The translations under genes were made by a program, and so were the position numbers. From Candidatus Izemoplasmatales bacterium (lineage in GTDB: Bacteria; Bacillota_I; Bacilli_A; Izemoplasmatales; Hujiaoplasmataceae): a stretch of 64,000 nucleotides of DNA. The notes under the pieces were generated by a model. It was not told where the DNA came from. It ran no database searches and saw nothing but the letters and a program-made list of their open reading frames with translations. This document shows positions 9,846 through 20,188 of this stretch, piece after piece. Every line of letters begins with the position of its first letter. Positions within the stretch are counted from its first letter, which is position 1. The stretch is taken from the NCBI GenBank assembly GCA_050949045.1, contig JBMNEZ010000001.1, positions 960,001-1,024,000 on the forward strand, given 5' to 3'.

Positions 9846-11012
9846 ATGATTATTGGTGTTCCCAAGGAAATACTGCACGATGAAAACCGTGTGTCGGCGA
9901 CACCCGAAACCGTTCGCAAAATGATCGCTGACGGACATACGGTTCTTGTCCAAACAAATGCCGGCAAAGGGTCTTTCTACTATAACGCCGATTATGCTTC
10001 AGCTGGTGCGCAGCTGATCGATAATCCCGAAAAAATCTATGAAAGCGCCGACGTGATCCTTAAAGTCAAAGAGCCCCAGTATAATTCCGAACTGAAAAGG
10101 CACGAAGTCGATATGATGCATTCCGGACAGACATTGATCACTTTCATCCACCCCGCATCTCCCACCAACCACGCAATGGTCCGCAAATTGACGGAAAGCA
10201 GAGTGACCGGTCTGACTCTTGACGGCATTCCAAGGATCAGCCGCGCCCAATCGATGGATGCCCTGTCTTCGATGAGCACCTGTGCAGGCTATAAGGGGAT
10301 CATCATGGCCGCCGACGCCATCGCTAAATTCATTCCGATGATTACCACGGCTGTCGGCGTGATCCGACCGGCAACCGTATTGGTTGTTGGCGCCGGCGTT
10401 GCCGGCTTAAGGGCAATCGCCACCGCCAAATCACTCGGAGCTGTCGTCTACGCCGCCGATATCCGTCCGGAAGCCAACGAGCAAGCACAGTCGCTCGGAG
10501 CGAAAATCATCGACACCGGTGTCCCCTTAGAGATTGCGGTGTCACCCGATGGAAAATACGCCAACAAACTTCCAGAATCATGGCTGGAAACCGAAAAAAA
10601 CAACTTAAAAGACATCATTCAAAAGTCTGACATCGTCTTTCTTTCCGCCCTCATCTTCGGCAAGCAATCCCCAATCATAATCGATGAAGAAATGGTCAAA
10701 ACGATGAAGCCTGGTTCCTGCATCGTCGATATCGCGATCGACCAGGGCGGCAACTGCGCTCTCACCGAAGCCGGAGAAAAAATCACTCGTCACGGAGTGA
10801 TCATCGACGGCTGCAAAAATATTCCCGGAAAGTTGTCGGCATCATCGACTTTGATGTTTGCGAACAACATCTATAATCTTCTCAAGTATCTCGCTCCTCA
10901 GGGAAAACTTCAACTCGACTACGATGACGAGATCGTCAGTTCGATCCTTGTCTGCCACGACAAGAAATTGGTTCATCCGGGTACGATCGAGGCCATGAGC
11001 CTCCACAAGTAA
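9846..11012 (+). CDS. pntA: NAD(P) transhydrogenase alpha subunit part 1 (dI)
   Basis: IGVPKE, RISRAQSMDALSSM, GAGVAGL, DIAIDQGGNC; GGAGG RBS. Confidence 0.93.
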   Translation: MIIGVPKEILHDENRVSATPETVRKMIADGHTVLVQTNAGKGSFYYNADYASAGAQLIDNPEKIYESADVILKVKEPQYNSELKRHEVDMMHSGQTLITFIHPASPTNHAMVRKLTESRVTGLTLDGIPRISRAQSMDALSSMSTCAGYKGIIMAADAIAKFIPMITTAVGVIRPATVLVVGAGVAGLRAIATAKSLGAVVYAADIRPEANEQAQSLGAKIIDTGVPLEIAVSPDGKYANKLPESWLETEKNNLKDIIQKSDIVFLSALIFGKQSPIIIDEEMVKTMKPGSCIVDIAIDQGGNCALTEAGEKITRHGVIIDGCKNIPGKLSASSTLMFANNIYNLLKYLAPQGKLQLDYDDEIVSSILVCHDKKLVHPGTIEAMSLHK

Positions 11013-11029
11013 GCCCCAGGAGGTATTCC

Positions 11030-11338
11030 ATGTCTTTACTTCAAACTATCTTGCTAGGCGTCTTCGCCTTATCGACTCTGATTGGGTATTTTTTAATCAA
11101 CCAAGTTCCGTCCTTGTTGCATACCCCGTTGATGTCGGGGATGAATGCCCTGTCGGGCATCACCGTCCTTGGCGCCCTCGTTGCGACAGCGGTCGCCATC
11201 CAGGAAACAAACCCGGTTCTATCCTTCTTGATCGGCGGCTTAGCCATCGTTGCTTCGATGGTGAACGTCGTCGGCGGCTTTGTCGTTACCGACCGGATGC
11301 TCAAGATGTTCACCCGCAAGGATCAGCCCCATGAATAG
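11030..11338 (+). CDS. pntA: NAD(P) transhydrogenase alpha subunit part 2 (membrane)
   Basis: VPSLLHTPLMSGMNALSG, NVVGGFVVTDRMLKMF. Confidence 0.93.
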   Translation: MSLLQTILLGVFALSTLIGYFLINQVPSLLHTPLMSGMNALSGITVLGALVATAVAIQETNPVLSFLIGGLAIVASMVNVVGGFVVTDRMLKMFTRKDQPHE

Positions 11339-12758
11339 CCTGCTCGCGCCGCAACCGGCGCTAACCATCATTCCTGACACGACATACTATGTTATCGTCG
11401 GCTTGTTGACTCTGGTCATATTGCTCGGCATTTCCTTCATGAGCAAGGTCAAGTTGGCAAGACTGGGAAACCAGATCAGTGCCGTGGCGATGCTATTCGC
11501 TATTGCATTAACATTGATCAACTATGAAATTATTCCCGTCTGGTCTTTGTACATCTTTCTATTGATAGGTTCATTGATCGGCGCCCTTCTCGCAATCAAG
11601 GTCAAGATGATCCAGATGCCTCAGCTCGTCGCCCTCTTAAACGGACTCGGAGGGCTTGCCTCACTAATCGTCGGCGGCTACGCTTATCTAGGCGTTGGCG
11701 CCGCCGTCGATCCATTCAGCCAAATCGCTGCCGTCGTCGCGATGATCGTCGGCTCGGTCACTTTTTCGGGCAGCCTGGTGGCAGCCGGTAAACTGCACAG
11801 GATTCTGCCTCAGAAACCCATCGTTGTCAAAGGGCATCAATTATGGGCGGGGCTTCTGCTTTTGCTCCTTGCCTTTGCGATTGTTTTGCCACAGTTCATC
11901 AACGTTCCCAAGGGGGCAGTCATTTCCGCAAGCATTGTCTTTGCCCTGAGTTTCGGAATTCTGTTCTCGATCCGCGTCGGCGGAGCGGATATGCCGATCA
12001 CGATCTCTCTGCTCAACAGCTTCTCCGGCATCGCCGGAGCGGTCTCCGGACTAGCGATCGGCGAGGTTCTGCTCGTCACGGTTGGCGGGATCGTCGGCGC
12101 TTCCGGTCTCTTGCTTACGCAGATCATGTGCAAAGCAATGAATCGGAGCTTGCTTGAGATACTGCTTGGAAAATCAACGGCCACCCCCAGTGAGAGGACT
12201 CTGGAAGAAGAGACTCAACGTCTCAAGGTGCCAAGCGATGCCACAGGTAAGGTAGATCCATTCGAAATAGCCAGGAACGCCAAAAACGTCATCATTGTCC
12301 CCGGATACGGGATGGCCATCGCCCAAGCTCAACACCTTGTCAAACAACTCGGAGACAAATTCAGCCGACATAATGCGAAAGTTCGCTATGCAATCCATCC
12401 TGTCGCCGGTAGGATGCCAGGACACATGAACGTCCTTCTCGCCGAGGCGGACGTTGACTATGATGACCTTTTCGAGATGGATGAAATCAATGATGATTTT
12501 GCCAAAGCAGATCTAACAATTGTCGTCGGTGCCAATGATGTCATCAATCCTTCTGCCCGGGAAGCACAAGGAACACCGATCTACGGGATGCCGATCCTCA
12601 ATGTCGATAAAAGCCCGCAGATCTTCATCTTTAATTATGATCTTCAACCGGGCTACGCCGGTGTGAAGAATCCGCTTTATGAACGCGCTTCCGGCGTCCA
12701 TCTCTTTTTAGGCAACGCCGCCGATACTCTCAAAGATTTTCTTGAGCATTTCGAATAG
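11331..12758 (+). CDS. pntB: NAD(P) transhydrogenase beta subunit
   Basis: MPQLVA, GGADMP, VPGYGMA, HPVAGRMPGHMNV, GANDVINP; start placed at ATG 11331. Confidence 0.93.
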   Translation: MNSLLAPQPALTIIPDTTYYVIVGLLTLVILLGISFMSKVKLARLGNQISAVAMLFAIALTLINYEIIPVWSLYIFLLIGSLIGALLAIKVKMIQMPQLVALLNGLGGLASLIVGGYAYLGVGAAVDPFSQIAAVVAMIVGSVTFSGSLVAAGKLHRILPQKPIVVKGHQLWAGLLLLLLAFAIVLPQFINVPKGAVISASIVFALSFGILFSIRVGGADMPITISLLNSFSGIAGAVSGLAIGEVLLVTVGGIVGASGLLLTQIMCKAMNRSLLEILLGKSTATPSERTLEEETQRLKVPSDATGKVDPFEIARNAKNVIIVPGYGMAIAQAQHLVKQLGDKFSRHNAKVRYAIHPVAGRMPGHMNVLLAEADVDYDDLFEMDEINDDFAKADLTIVVGANDVINPSAREAQGTPIYGMPILNVDKSPQIFIFNYDLQPGYAGVKNPLYERASGVHLFLGNAADTLKDFLEHFE

Positions 12759-12880
12759 CGGGGATGATTGATAATCAAGGTCGAATCAGTTCTCAGCTTA
12801 GAGCCGGTTATTAGGCCAACTTGAATAAGTAGGTGTCTCATCGTTCAAGCATCTTTGAAATGAATAGTTAAGAAAAAATT

Positions 12881-12963
12881 GGATATGATTTTATAATACA
12901 GATAGGCAGAATCAAAAAAAGTAGGCTCTTTTTTATTAAGGCCTACTTTTAAGAGTGCGTTCC
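12881..12963. repeat. ~80-bp element with terminator-like hairpin, copy 1
   Basis: TTTTATAATA...CAAAAAAAGTAGGCTCTTTTTTATTAAGGCCTACTTTTAAGAGTGCG, near-identical to 17883-17963. Confidence 0.85.
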
Positions 12964-13098
12964 AAAACTTGAGCCTTTTTCTGAGAAATGGAGGAGTCGG
13001 CTAAGCCTACTCTTCCAAATATGATGCTATGTGCTTATTAACCTTTTCTCTTAAATATATCAAAAATAATCCAACCGATACTACCAGCGGCAACTATC

Positions 13099-14997
13099 CT
13101 AAAAACATGATTTGTCCTTTTTATTGACTTTAATAATTGTCATCTCATCTTTTAAATCGCCTGATTTGACAACTAATTGGTTAATGTCTTCAAGATCAAT
13201 CTTGAATTTAAAGATTTTATCTGAAGTCTGTTTCCCAATTAATTTATTATTATTGTATAACTCCACTTCTTCCTGATTTGAATAGATTTTGATGTTGGCT
13301 GATTTGCCTGTTCTGTTAATGAATCTTTTTCCACAGAGGTGGATGAAAGGTTCTTTAGACCAATAAGATTTGTAGAGATAGAAGGAATCCTTTTTGATTT
13401 TTCTATCAAAGGTCACCAACCCTTTATGGTTCATACCTGGTTCACCGCCTTGATTTCTGGCATCTGACCCGAAATCAAACATGTTCCAAATATGTGTTGC
13501 CCAGATATATGGTCTCTCGTTGATGACTTTTATCATCTTTTCATGATATATCGTTTGATATTCTTCAGTGTTATCGCCTCTGTATGGGCGTTTACGATGG
13601 ATATTCGGCATCGCTTCCGCACCATATTCAGCCAATCCTAAGATTCTGTTGGGATATTTATTGTGATATCTGTCCAATTTGACTCCCGCCAACCAAACGA
13701 ATGGGAAATACCAGCCAAAATATAAATTGTATGAAACTATGTCAGGAATTGCGTTTAATTTGTTGTAGATCATCGTTGGCATATAAACTGCGATTGCCGT
13801 TTGACGACTAGGATCCATTTCATGACAGAGATCATTCAATTTCACATGCAGATCGTAACGATCAGATTCCGCCGGATACATGCAGATTTCATTGGAGATG
13901 CCCCAACAGACAATACTTGGATGATGATATAGTTGAGTTATAAGCTCTTTCATTTGAGATATTGCATTTTCACTGGCGTTATTCATGTGTTTTGATATAT
14001 ATGGGATTTCTGCCCATACAACAAAACCGTATTTATCACATAAATCATAGAAATAATCATCATGTTGATAATGAGCCAATCTGATTGTGTTTGCGCCGAT
14101 TTCTTTGATGATTTCGATGTCCTCGTCATGATGTTCTTTCTTTAGGGCATTTCCAATCTCCGGTCTGTCTTGATGACGACAGACGCCACGAAGTGGATAT
14201 TCTTTACCATTAAGATAGAACCCTTTGTCTGGATCGATGCGATAACTTCTAAATCCAACATTGAATTCAATATGATCCATAACTGTTTCATTTTCTAATA
14301 ATTCAAGCCTGAGTTTGTAAAGATAAGGATCCTCAAGACCTTGCCAGAGACAAACTTTTTTAACTTTAAGAACTTGACCGTTTTTACTTTCAGCCACGAC
14401 TTTTCCATTATGATTGTACAAAGTGGTTTTGAGTGTTCCGCTGCCGACAAGTTTTGCATCGACTTGAACGATTCCTTCGTCACCTTCGACACTGCAAGTG
14501 ACTTTTGCGCCTTTTGAACCGTAATCACCCAAATCGAAGTGGTTCTTCGATACTGAAATAATATTTACATCACGATATATACCGCCATAAAAAGTGAAAT
14601 CGGCAGTCTGAGGATATACCCAGTCATTCTTGGAATTATCAACGCCAACTACGATAATGTTTTTATCCGAAAGAAAATTAGTTACATCAAAACGGAAAGT
14701 TGAATAGCCTCCATGGTGTTCTCCTACGAAATTTCCATTAATGTATACTTGAGCCGAAGCGTTGACTCCTTTAAATTCTAAATATGTGCATTCATTCAAT
14801 TCAAAATCTTTCTTGTTTAATTTGCGCACATACCAACATTTGCCTCTGTAGTAGTCATTTCCACCGTCTTGGCCATCCAAGCCATTCCATGTGTGAGGAA
14901 TGCTTATAGAATCTCCAGCAATGTTGACCGCAGATTGATGACCAACGTCCTCTTTAATGAATGTCCAATTGTTGTTCAGATTAATAACTTTTTTCAC
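13099..14997 (-). CDS. Glycoside hydrolase family 2 (beta-galactosidase/glucuronidase-like)
   Basis: IPHTWN, YGGIYRDV, GVCRHQD, IRLAHY, acid/base ISNE, nucleophile AEYGA; AT-rich. Confidence 0.92.
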   Translation of the reverse strand: MKKVINLNNNWTFIKEDVGHQSAVNIAGDSISIPHTWNGLDGQDGGNDYYRGKCWYVRKLNKKDFELNECTYLEFKGVNASAQVYINGNFVGEHHGGYSTFRFDVTNFLSDKNIIVVGVDNSKNDWVYPQTADFTFYGGIYRDVNIISVSKNHFDLGDYGSKGAKVTCSVEGDEGIVQVDAKLVGSGTLKTTLYNHNGKVVAESKNGQVLKVKKVCLWQGLEDPYLYKLRLELLENETVMDHIEFNVGFRSYRIDPDKGFYLNGKEYPLRGVCRHQDRPEIGNALKKEHHDEDIEIIKEIGANTIRLAHYQHDDYFYDLCDKYGFVVWAEIPYISKHMNNASENAISQMKELITQLYHHPSIVCWGISNEICMYPAESDRYDLHVKLNDLCHEMDPSRQTAIAVYMPTMIYNKLNAIPDIVSYNLYFGWYFPFVWLAGVKLDRYHNKYPNRILGLAEYGAEAMPNIHRKRPYRGDNTEEYQTIYHEKMIKVINERPYIWATHIWNMFDFGSDARNQGGEPGMNHKGLVTFDRKIKKDSFYLYKSYWSKEPFIHLCGKRFINRTGKSANIKIYSNQEEVELYNNNKLIGKQTSDKIFKFKIDLEDINQLVVKSGDLKDEMTIIKVNKKDKSCF

Positions 14998-15795
14998 TTG
15001 ATTACCTATCAGTTTATAATTTTATTCTTCTTTCACTAAACAGATCGAAAATATAGGAATACCTTATGAAAATCAAACTCAAAATGAACCGGCTTTCATT
15101 TAAGTGTTTTTTGTATATATTAACTCTATTACTTTATTCATAGTAGGCTAGTGTTTTTTTGTTTTTATAATTTATATATATCATACACTGTATTATTATT
15201 CAATTTATTTATGGTATATGAAATTGATTTCATAAACTGTGGAACTTATAAAAAAAGAAGATTTTTAAAACAACAAAAATATAAATCTGCTTCCTTCATT
15301 CATTTTTGAGATTAATTAAAAGCTTCTTTGCTGTAGATGACTACTCGCTTGTATTGGTGTAAATTCCAATGTAACAAGAGTTTAATTTTTCAAATTAAAG
15401 ATATTAAAAACTGGGTGTTTGTTCTAAAAACACGCCACTTGTTATCTCAAATTATTAAAAACCTTTTTGCTATAAAACGGACAACGTTGACCTTGGCATC
15501 CTCATACAGGAAACCACCTATAATGACAGTTTTCTTATCGCTTTGCTAATTTGATATGATCAACTTCAAATACACAAAAAGTTAAAGAAACTAAAAAAAT
15601 GATTATCGTCTGTAACAGTATCAATATCATGAATATTAAACAGATGAACTGTCAATATATCTATTTTTCCTTATAAAATGTAATTTATTTATTGATTATT
15701 GACGACAGTCTTGATTCCCTAAAAAAACAGTCAAAGTGAAACGGATTCCTTGACCCGGATCACAATGACTGATTTTTCGTTTTAGTATCGAAGGA

Positions 15796-16152
15796 TTATT
15801 TTTCTTTGGGACGCAATCCCAAACGGGACATCGTACCAACGGGAACCGTGAACAAGAACCCCACTCCCGGACGGTTGCGTTTGCCGAGGATCTGGCGGGC
15901 GGCCGCGATGGCTTGCTGGAGAACGTGATCGTCTTCGATAACCGTGAAGAGTGTTTTGGAATAGCGGGACTCACCCGACAATAACGAATGGAGCGATCCG
16001 AACAACGGGACTTGGACGTCTCCGTGGACGATGGCGCTCCCCATCCCTTGACTGTCAAGAATCGTGGCACCGTTGACGCCCAGCTTCAACAAGCCGGATA
16101 CCAAATCATCCATCAGCGTTGTTTCATTCAATACGATGATCAATGCATTCAT
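15796..16152 (-). CDS. PII-like (GlnB-superfamily) small regulatory protein
   Basis: 118 aa; GVNGATILDSQGMG, SKTLFTVI, GFLFTVPV pattern of PII-like ferredoxin fold; GAAGGAGG RBS. Confidence 0.75.
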   Translation of the reverse strand: MNALIIVLNETTLMDDLVSGLLKLGVNGATILDSQGMGSAIVHGDVQVPLFGSLHSLLSGESRYSKTLFTVIEDDHVLQQAIAAARQILGKRNRPGVGFLFTVPVGTMSRLGLRPKEK

Positions 16153-16165
16153 GACTGTTCCTCCT

Positions 16166-17431
16166 TCATTCTGTCTCTTGAGCAATTTCTGCGACGGCAT
16201 CCAAAAGCGGTTCCACTTGAGAATCATCAGTTTCTATGTCCGGTTCAAGAGGGCGGTCGAGCCCGAAGGCTTCTCCCGCTTTAGTAATCGCCATCTTGGC
16301 GAAAATCGGACCCGTCGTTTCATAGACCAACACAGAAAACATGATAATCGTGGTGATCGCAACCGCAAATTGCGGCAACTCCTGACGGACGATTACCGAC
16401 AAGCCGATGGAGATCCCGCCTTGCGGCAACAGTCCCTATCCCAGCCACTTGGTGACCTGTTTGGGCGCTTTCATCGCCTTACATCCGACCCAAGCCCCGA
16501 AAATCTTTCCTCCGGCGCGCGATAGGATGTAGGCCAGTCCCATCCACCCGACAGCAAAAAGGACACCAAGATCGAGGCTGGCGCCAGCCAGTGTAAAGAA
16601 CAAAACATAAAACGGGGCGACAAAATCATTGACCGAGGAAAAAATGCGTTTGGGATTTTCCGCCAAGTTGACGACGACGGTTCCCATTGCAATATTAGTT
16701 AGGATGGCGGACAATCCAAGCCATTTGGCGATCCCGATCCCCACGCCGATGGCGGCTAGGGTGATGACCTGCAGTTCATCGCGACCGTCGACCATTCGCT
16801 TGGAAACCAAAGAAACAATAACTCCGAGCAGACCCCCGAGCAGAAGCGAGCCTCCGATCTCGATGAGGGGTGCGGTAAACATTTTCAACGTGCTCACTTC
16901 GACCGTCGAGACAGATAATTTAGCGAGCGACAGGGCGATTCCAAACGCTATGATGCCATACACGTCGTCCAAGGCGACAACCGGCAACAAAGTCTTAGTC
17001 ATCGGTCCGTAGGCCCGGTATTGTTTCATCACCAATAACGTCGCCGCCGGGGCAGTGGCCGCGGACATCGAGGCGATGACAATGGAAAAAGCAAACGGCT
17101 GACGAAAGCCGAAATACATCACCAAGAAGACCAAAGCGATCGCACCGATAACTTCCGCGAGAGTGATGAAGGCGACCGCCTTACCCATTTTTAGAATCTC
17201 GCCAACCATGAATTCACTGCCGATTGAAAAAGCTATGAAAGCCAAGGCGATCTCGTTGACAATTGTTAGGGATTCCGCGTTTTCGACGGTAACGAGATCA
17301 AAAAAAGACGGCCCCAGCAACAGTCCCGCAATCAAGTATCCCGAAACACTTGGGAGTTTTACGAGTTTGGCGAGTTTCCCGCCAATAAAGCCGACGATCA
17401 GGACAATCCCGATCTTAGTGATGAGTTCCAT
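16166..17431 (-). pseudogene. CPA2 cation:proton antiporter interrupted by one in-frame TAG at 16436-16438
   Basis: ORFs 16436-17431 and 16166-16429 share a frame: KWLG-TAG-GLLPQGGISIG; motifs FSIGSEF, SAATAPAAT, VALDD. Confidence 0.85.
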
Positions 17432-17476
17432 ACTGCCGATCCCTCCGGAGAATGTATTCTAGTTGCTCTCTGTGTA

Positions 17477-17517
17477 ATAAAAAAAGCATGTATCGGCAGA
17501 AACATCGCCGATGCAGC
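17477..17517 (-). terminator. Riboswitch expression-platform terminator
   Basis: GCATCGGCGA-TGTT-TCTGCCGATACATGC then T7, between aptamer and antiporter RBS. Confidence 0.85.
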
Positions 17518-17519
17518 TC

Positions 17520-17636
17520 TTGGCATACTCCTATGAGGTTAGCTGACGGGTTCGGGCGTCCAAATCGCCCGCACTGCAATGCAGTGTTCACCCCAAAATC
17601 TTGGTTCCCCCACTCCGTGATCGGCTTCGGAGATTA
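17520..17636 (-). ncRNA. c-di-AMP (ydaO/yuaA-type) riboswitch aptamer
   Basis: Minus strand CTCCGAA...GGAGTGGGGGAACC...TTGGGGTGAA...GGGCG..CGCCCGAACCCGTCAGCTAACCTCATAGGAG matches the ydaO consensus blocks as I recall them. Confidence 0.92.
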
Positions 17637-17644
17637 CAGAATTG

Positions 17645-17673
17645 ATTATATCAAAGGACCAGAAGGAAGTCAA
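17645..17673 (-). promoter_or_regulatory. Sigma-A promoter of the riboswitch-antiporter-PII operon
   Basis: TTGACT-17 bp-TATAAT with extended TG, immediately before the aptamer. Confidence 0.85.
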
Positions 17674-17882
17674 CGTCTTTTCCCCTAATATATACATATA
17701 TGTAGCCCAGCATATATGTATTTTTTTATTTTATTTTAACAGTAGTTGACTATACTATAAAATAAACATTGATGAGATCACAGACTATTTCATTTTTCCC
17801 TAACAGCATTTAATGACTGGTAATTTACTATTAGGCTACATTTATTAAAGTTTACAGTCCAAGCGTGATCAATCAAAAGAAA

Positions 17883-17963
17883 GGACGTGTTTTTATAATA
17901 ATGATCGAAGAAAACAAAAAAAGTAGCCCTTTTTTATTAGGGCCTACTTTTAAGAGTGCGCTT
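17883..17963. repeat. ~80-bp element with terminator-like hairpin, copy 2
   Basis: TTTTATAATA...CAAAAAAAGTAGCCCTTTTTTATTAGGGCCTACTTTTAAGAGTGCG. Confidence 0.85.
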
Positions 17964-17993
17964 CAATTGCTCAGTTACTTTTTTGCATGTGTT

Positions 17994-19187
17994 TTAATCG
18001 CTATAACCCCAGACTACTTCTTTCCCATCCGCTGGATACCAGTCGTCAGCCCAACCTGCCGGTTTTGAAGCTGCCCTGGCGTATACCTGCAATTCGGTAT
18101 TAGAGAAAGCTTCGGGCCCGATTTCAGTAACACTGAGCGGGATGACAATGTTTTTAAATCCTCCGCAATAATTGAATGCCTTTTTGCCTATGGAAACCAG
18201 ATTGGAACCGAGGGTGACTGAGGTCAACGATGTCCAGAAAAACGCACTTTCTCCGATTTCCAGCAGACTATCAGGCAAAACCAACTCGGTAATTTTAGAA
18301 TTGGCAAAAGCAGCTCTTCCAATATGTGTCAATCCTTCGGGGAACGTTACCGAAGCCAACTTCCAGCAAGCATAAAAAGTAAGAGGTTCAATCGTTGTGA
18401 TGCCCGAAGGAATCACGATGCTTGTAAGCCTTTTACAATAGGAAAACGCTTCTTCGCCAATGCTGGTCATTGAATCCGGCATAGTAATCGAAGTCATATA
18501 AGCACATTCATAAAATGCTGATTTGCCAATGACATTCACCGTTTGAGGTAATGTGACCGACTTTAGATTTTCCATATAATAGAAAGCATAATCGGCAATC
18601 GTCTTTACGCCATCAGAAATCGAAACCGTTTCAGGAACCGAAGCGCCAGATACATAACCGACAAACACGGTGCCATCATATCCATATATAATGTCGTCGC
18701 TGATTGTAAACGGACTTCCGGAAGCGAAGGTGATGTTTGGAATAGAACTCAGAGAAGTGCCGGCGATTTTAGTTACCGATGCGGGTATTGTGATTGAAGT
18801 CAGTGAATCACAACTGTCAAAAGCAGAATGCTCCAATTCTAATAACGAATTTGGCAGCGATACCGATGTGATGTAATCTCTATTGTAAAATCCACTTGTC
18901 TTGATCGAGGTTACAGGTTTGCCGTTATAAACAGGTGGAACAACGACCTCTGCGGCCGTACCTATATAATTGGAAACCCCATATGTCTGCCCGTCATCAT
19001 TCAAAAGATAATACAAACCTTCAGTGCCTACGATCGGTGCTTCTGTCGTTGTTTTCTTGCCTTTCTTCGTTGTTGTTTGTAATCCATCTCCTGTAGTGTC
19101 TTTGTTTGTTGTTACTGTTCCGCAAGCTAGTAGAAAACCAAATAATGCAAAAACAAAAACGAGTATTAGAGTCTTTCTTCTTGGCAT
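17994..19187 (-). CDS. BspA-type (TpLRR) leucine-rich repeat surface lipoprotein
   Basis: Lipobox FLLAC, T/K-rich linker, repeated LTSIxIPxxxTxIGxxAFxxC units; start placed at ATG 19187. Confidence 0.88.
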   Translation of the reverse strand: MPRRKTLILVFVFALFGFLLACGTVTTNKDTTGDGLQTTTKKGKKTTTEAPIVGTEGLYYLLNDDGQTYGVSNYIGTAAEVVVPPVYNGKPVTSIKTSGFYNRDYITSVSLPNSLLELEHSAFDSCDSLTSITIPASVTKIAGTSLSSIPNITFASGSPFTISDDIIYGYDGTVFVGYVSGASVPETVSISDGVKTIADYAFYYMENLKSVTLPQTVNVIGKSAFYECAYMTSITMPDSMTSIGEEAFSYCKRLTSIVIPSGITTIEPLTFYACWKLASVTFPEGLTHIGRAAFANSKITELVLPDSLLEIGESAFFWTSLTSVTLGSNLVSIGKKAFNYCGGFKNIVIPLSVTEIGPEAFSNTELQVYARAASKPAGWADDWYPADGKEVVWGYSD

Positions 19188-20188
19188 AATAAGTTTTCCC
19201 CCTTTTATTATTTTTAATACCCACAATACCGCTAGATAATGTGGATAATCAACCTATTTTTGGACATATTAAGCTGTTGTTTTCCATTATATATCCAGTG
19301 CTTTCCCCGATCTTCCAGGCAATTGTAGTGATTGCCATCGTTTCGTTTATTGTCTCCAATCTAAAAAAGCAAGTTCGCAATATGGCTTATAAGTTTATTA
19401 AACGCAAAAAAAAACTGATAGGAAGAGGACAAGAGCGAGACTGCAAAAAAACCGCTTTTCGTTGATTCCGCTCTATCATATTGTCAATTGAAAGCAGGTT
19501 CATATGTTGTTGGTGTTTATTTTGGTGCCTATGTTTATAGCATATCATACATTTAATTAATGTAAACCGCTTGAACTATTTTTTATAATAATTTGATTAT
19601 TTGTTAATTAAAATAACTATTTATTAGCTGAATGTGAAGAAAAAAGCCCCCATTTCGCTATGAAATTGGGTTATATTGATATATATCTATACCAAAATTA
19701 CTTTTTTCATTTTTCTGACTACACACAAAAACTTGCTCATATCATATACAATTTGGCCAAGTCAGAAATCAGATTCTCAATTGAATTCGCCTAACATAGA
19801 TTCTATAATAATCTATCGCAATCAACGTTCTTGATTAGAGATTTAATGATCATACTGCTGAAATATATGATTTTCTTCTAATTCATTTGCTCTAAACCTA
19901 TACAGCGACATATCAACCAATTGAAATGTTTTGCCTCTAATTGCACCTTTGGCAGCCCCCAGCCGACCCCCATAAAAATTCATGGTCATAATTTAACTCA
20001 ATAATAAAAAGACAGTCTCCAAAAAAATACACTATCAAAAGATGTTAATTTGAATTATATTATCGTTTCATCTAGAAAAACCTATGCATTTATGGTATTA
20101 TGATTGATAAATGTTATATCCAAAAAATACTTAAATTTTTTTTGGTTATAATCATCAAATTTAAATTGATAGGAGAGAATGTAAAACG

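Noticed and set aside
16436..16438. Genome-wide TAG recoding
   Set aside because: TAG terminates conserved genes at expected ends (pntB, gltX, tsf, upp)
15337..19989. Small ORFs in AT-rich spacers (15337-15549, 19241-19465, a 48-codon minus frame near 19843-19989)
   Set aside because: No clear RBS or motifs; possibly remnants but unsupported
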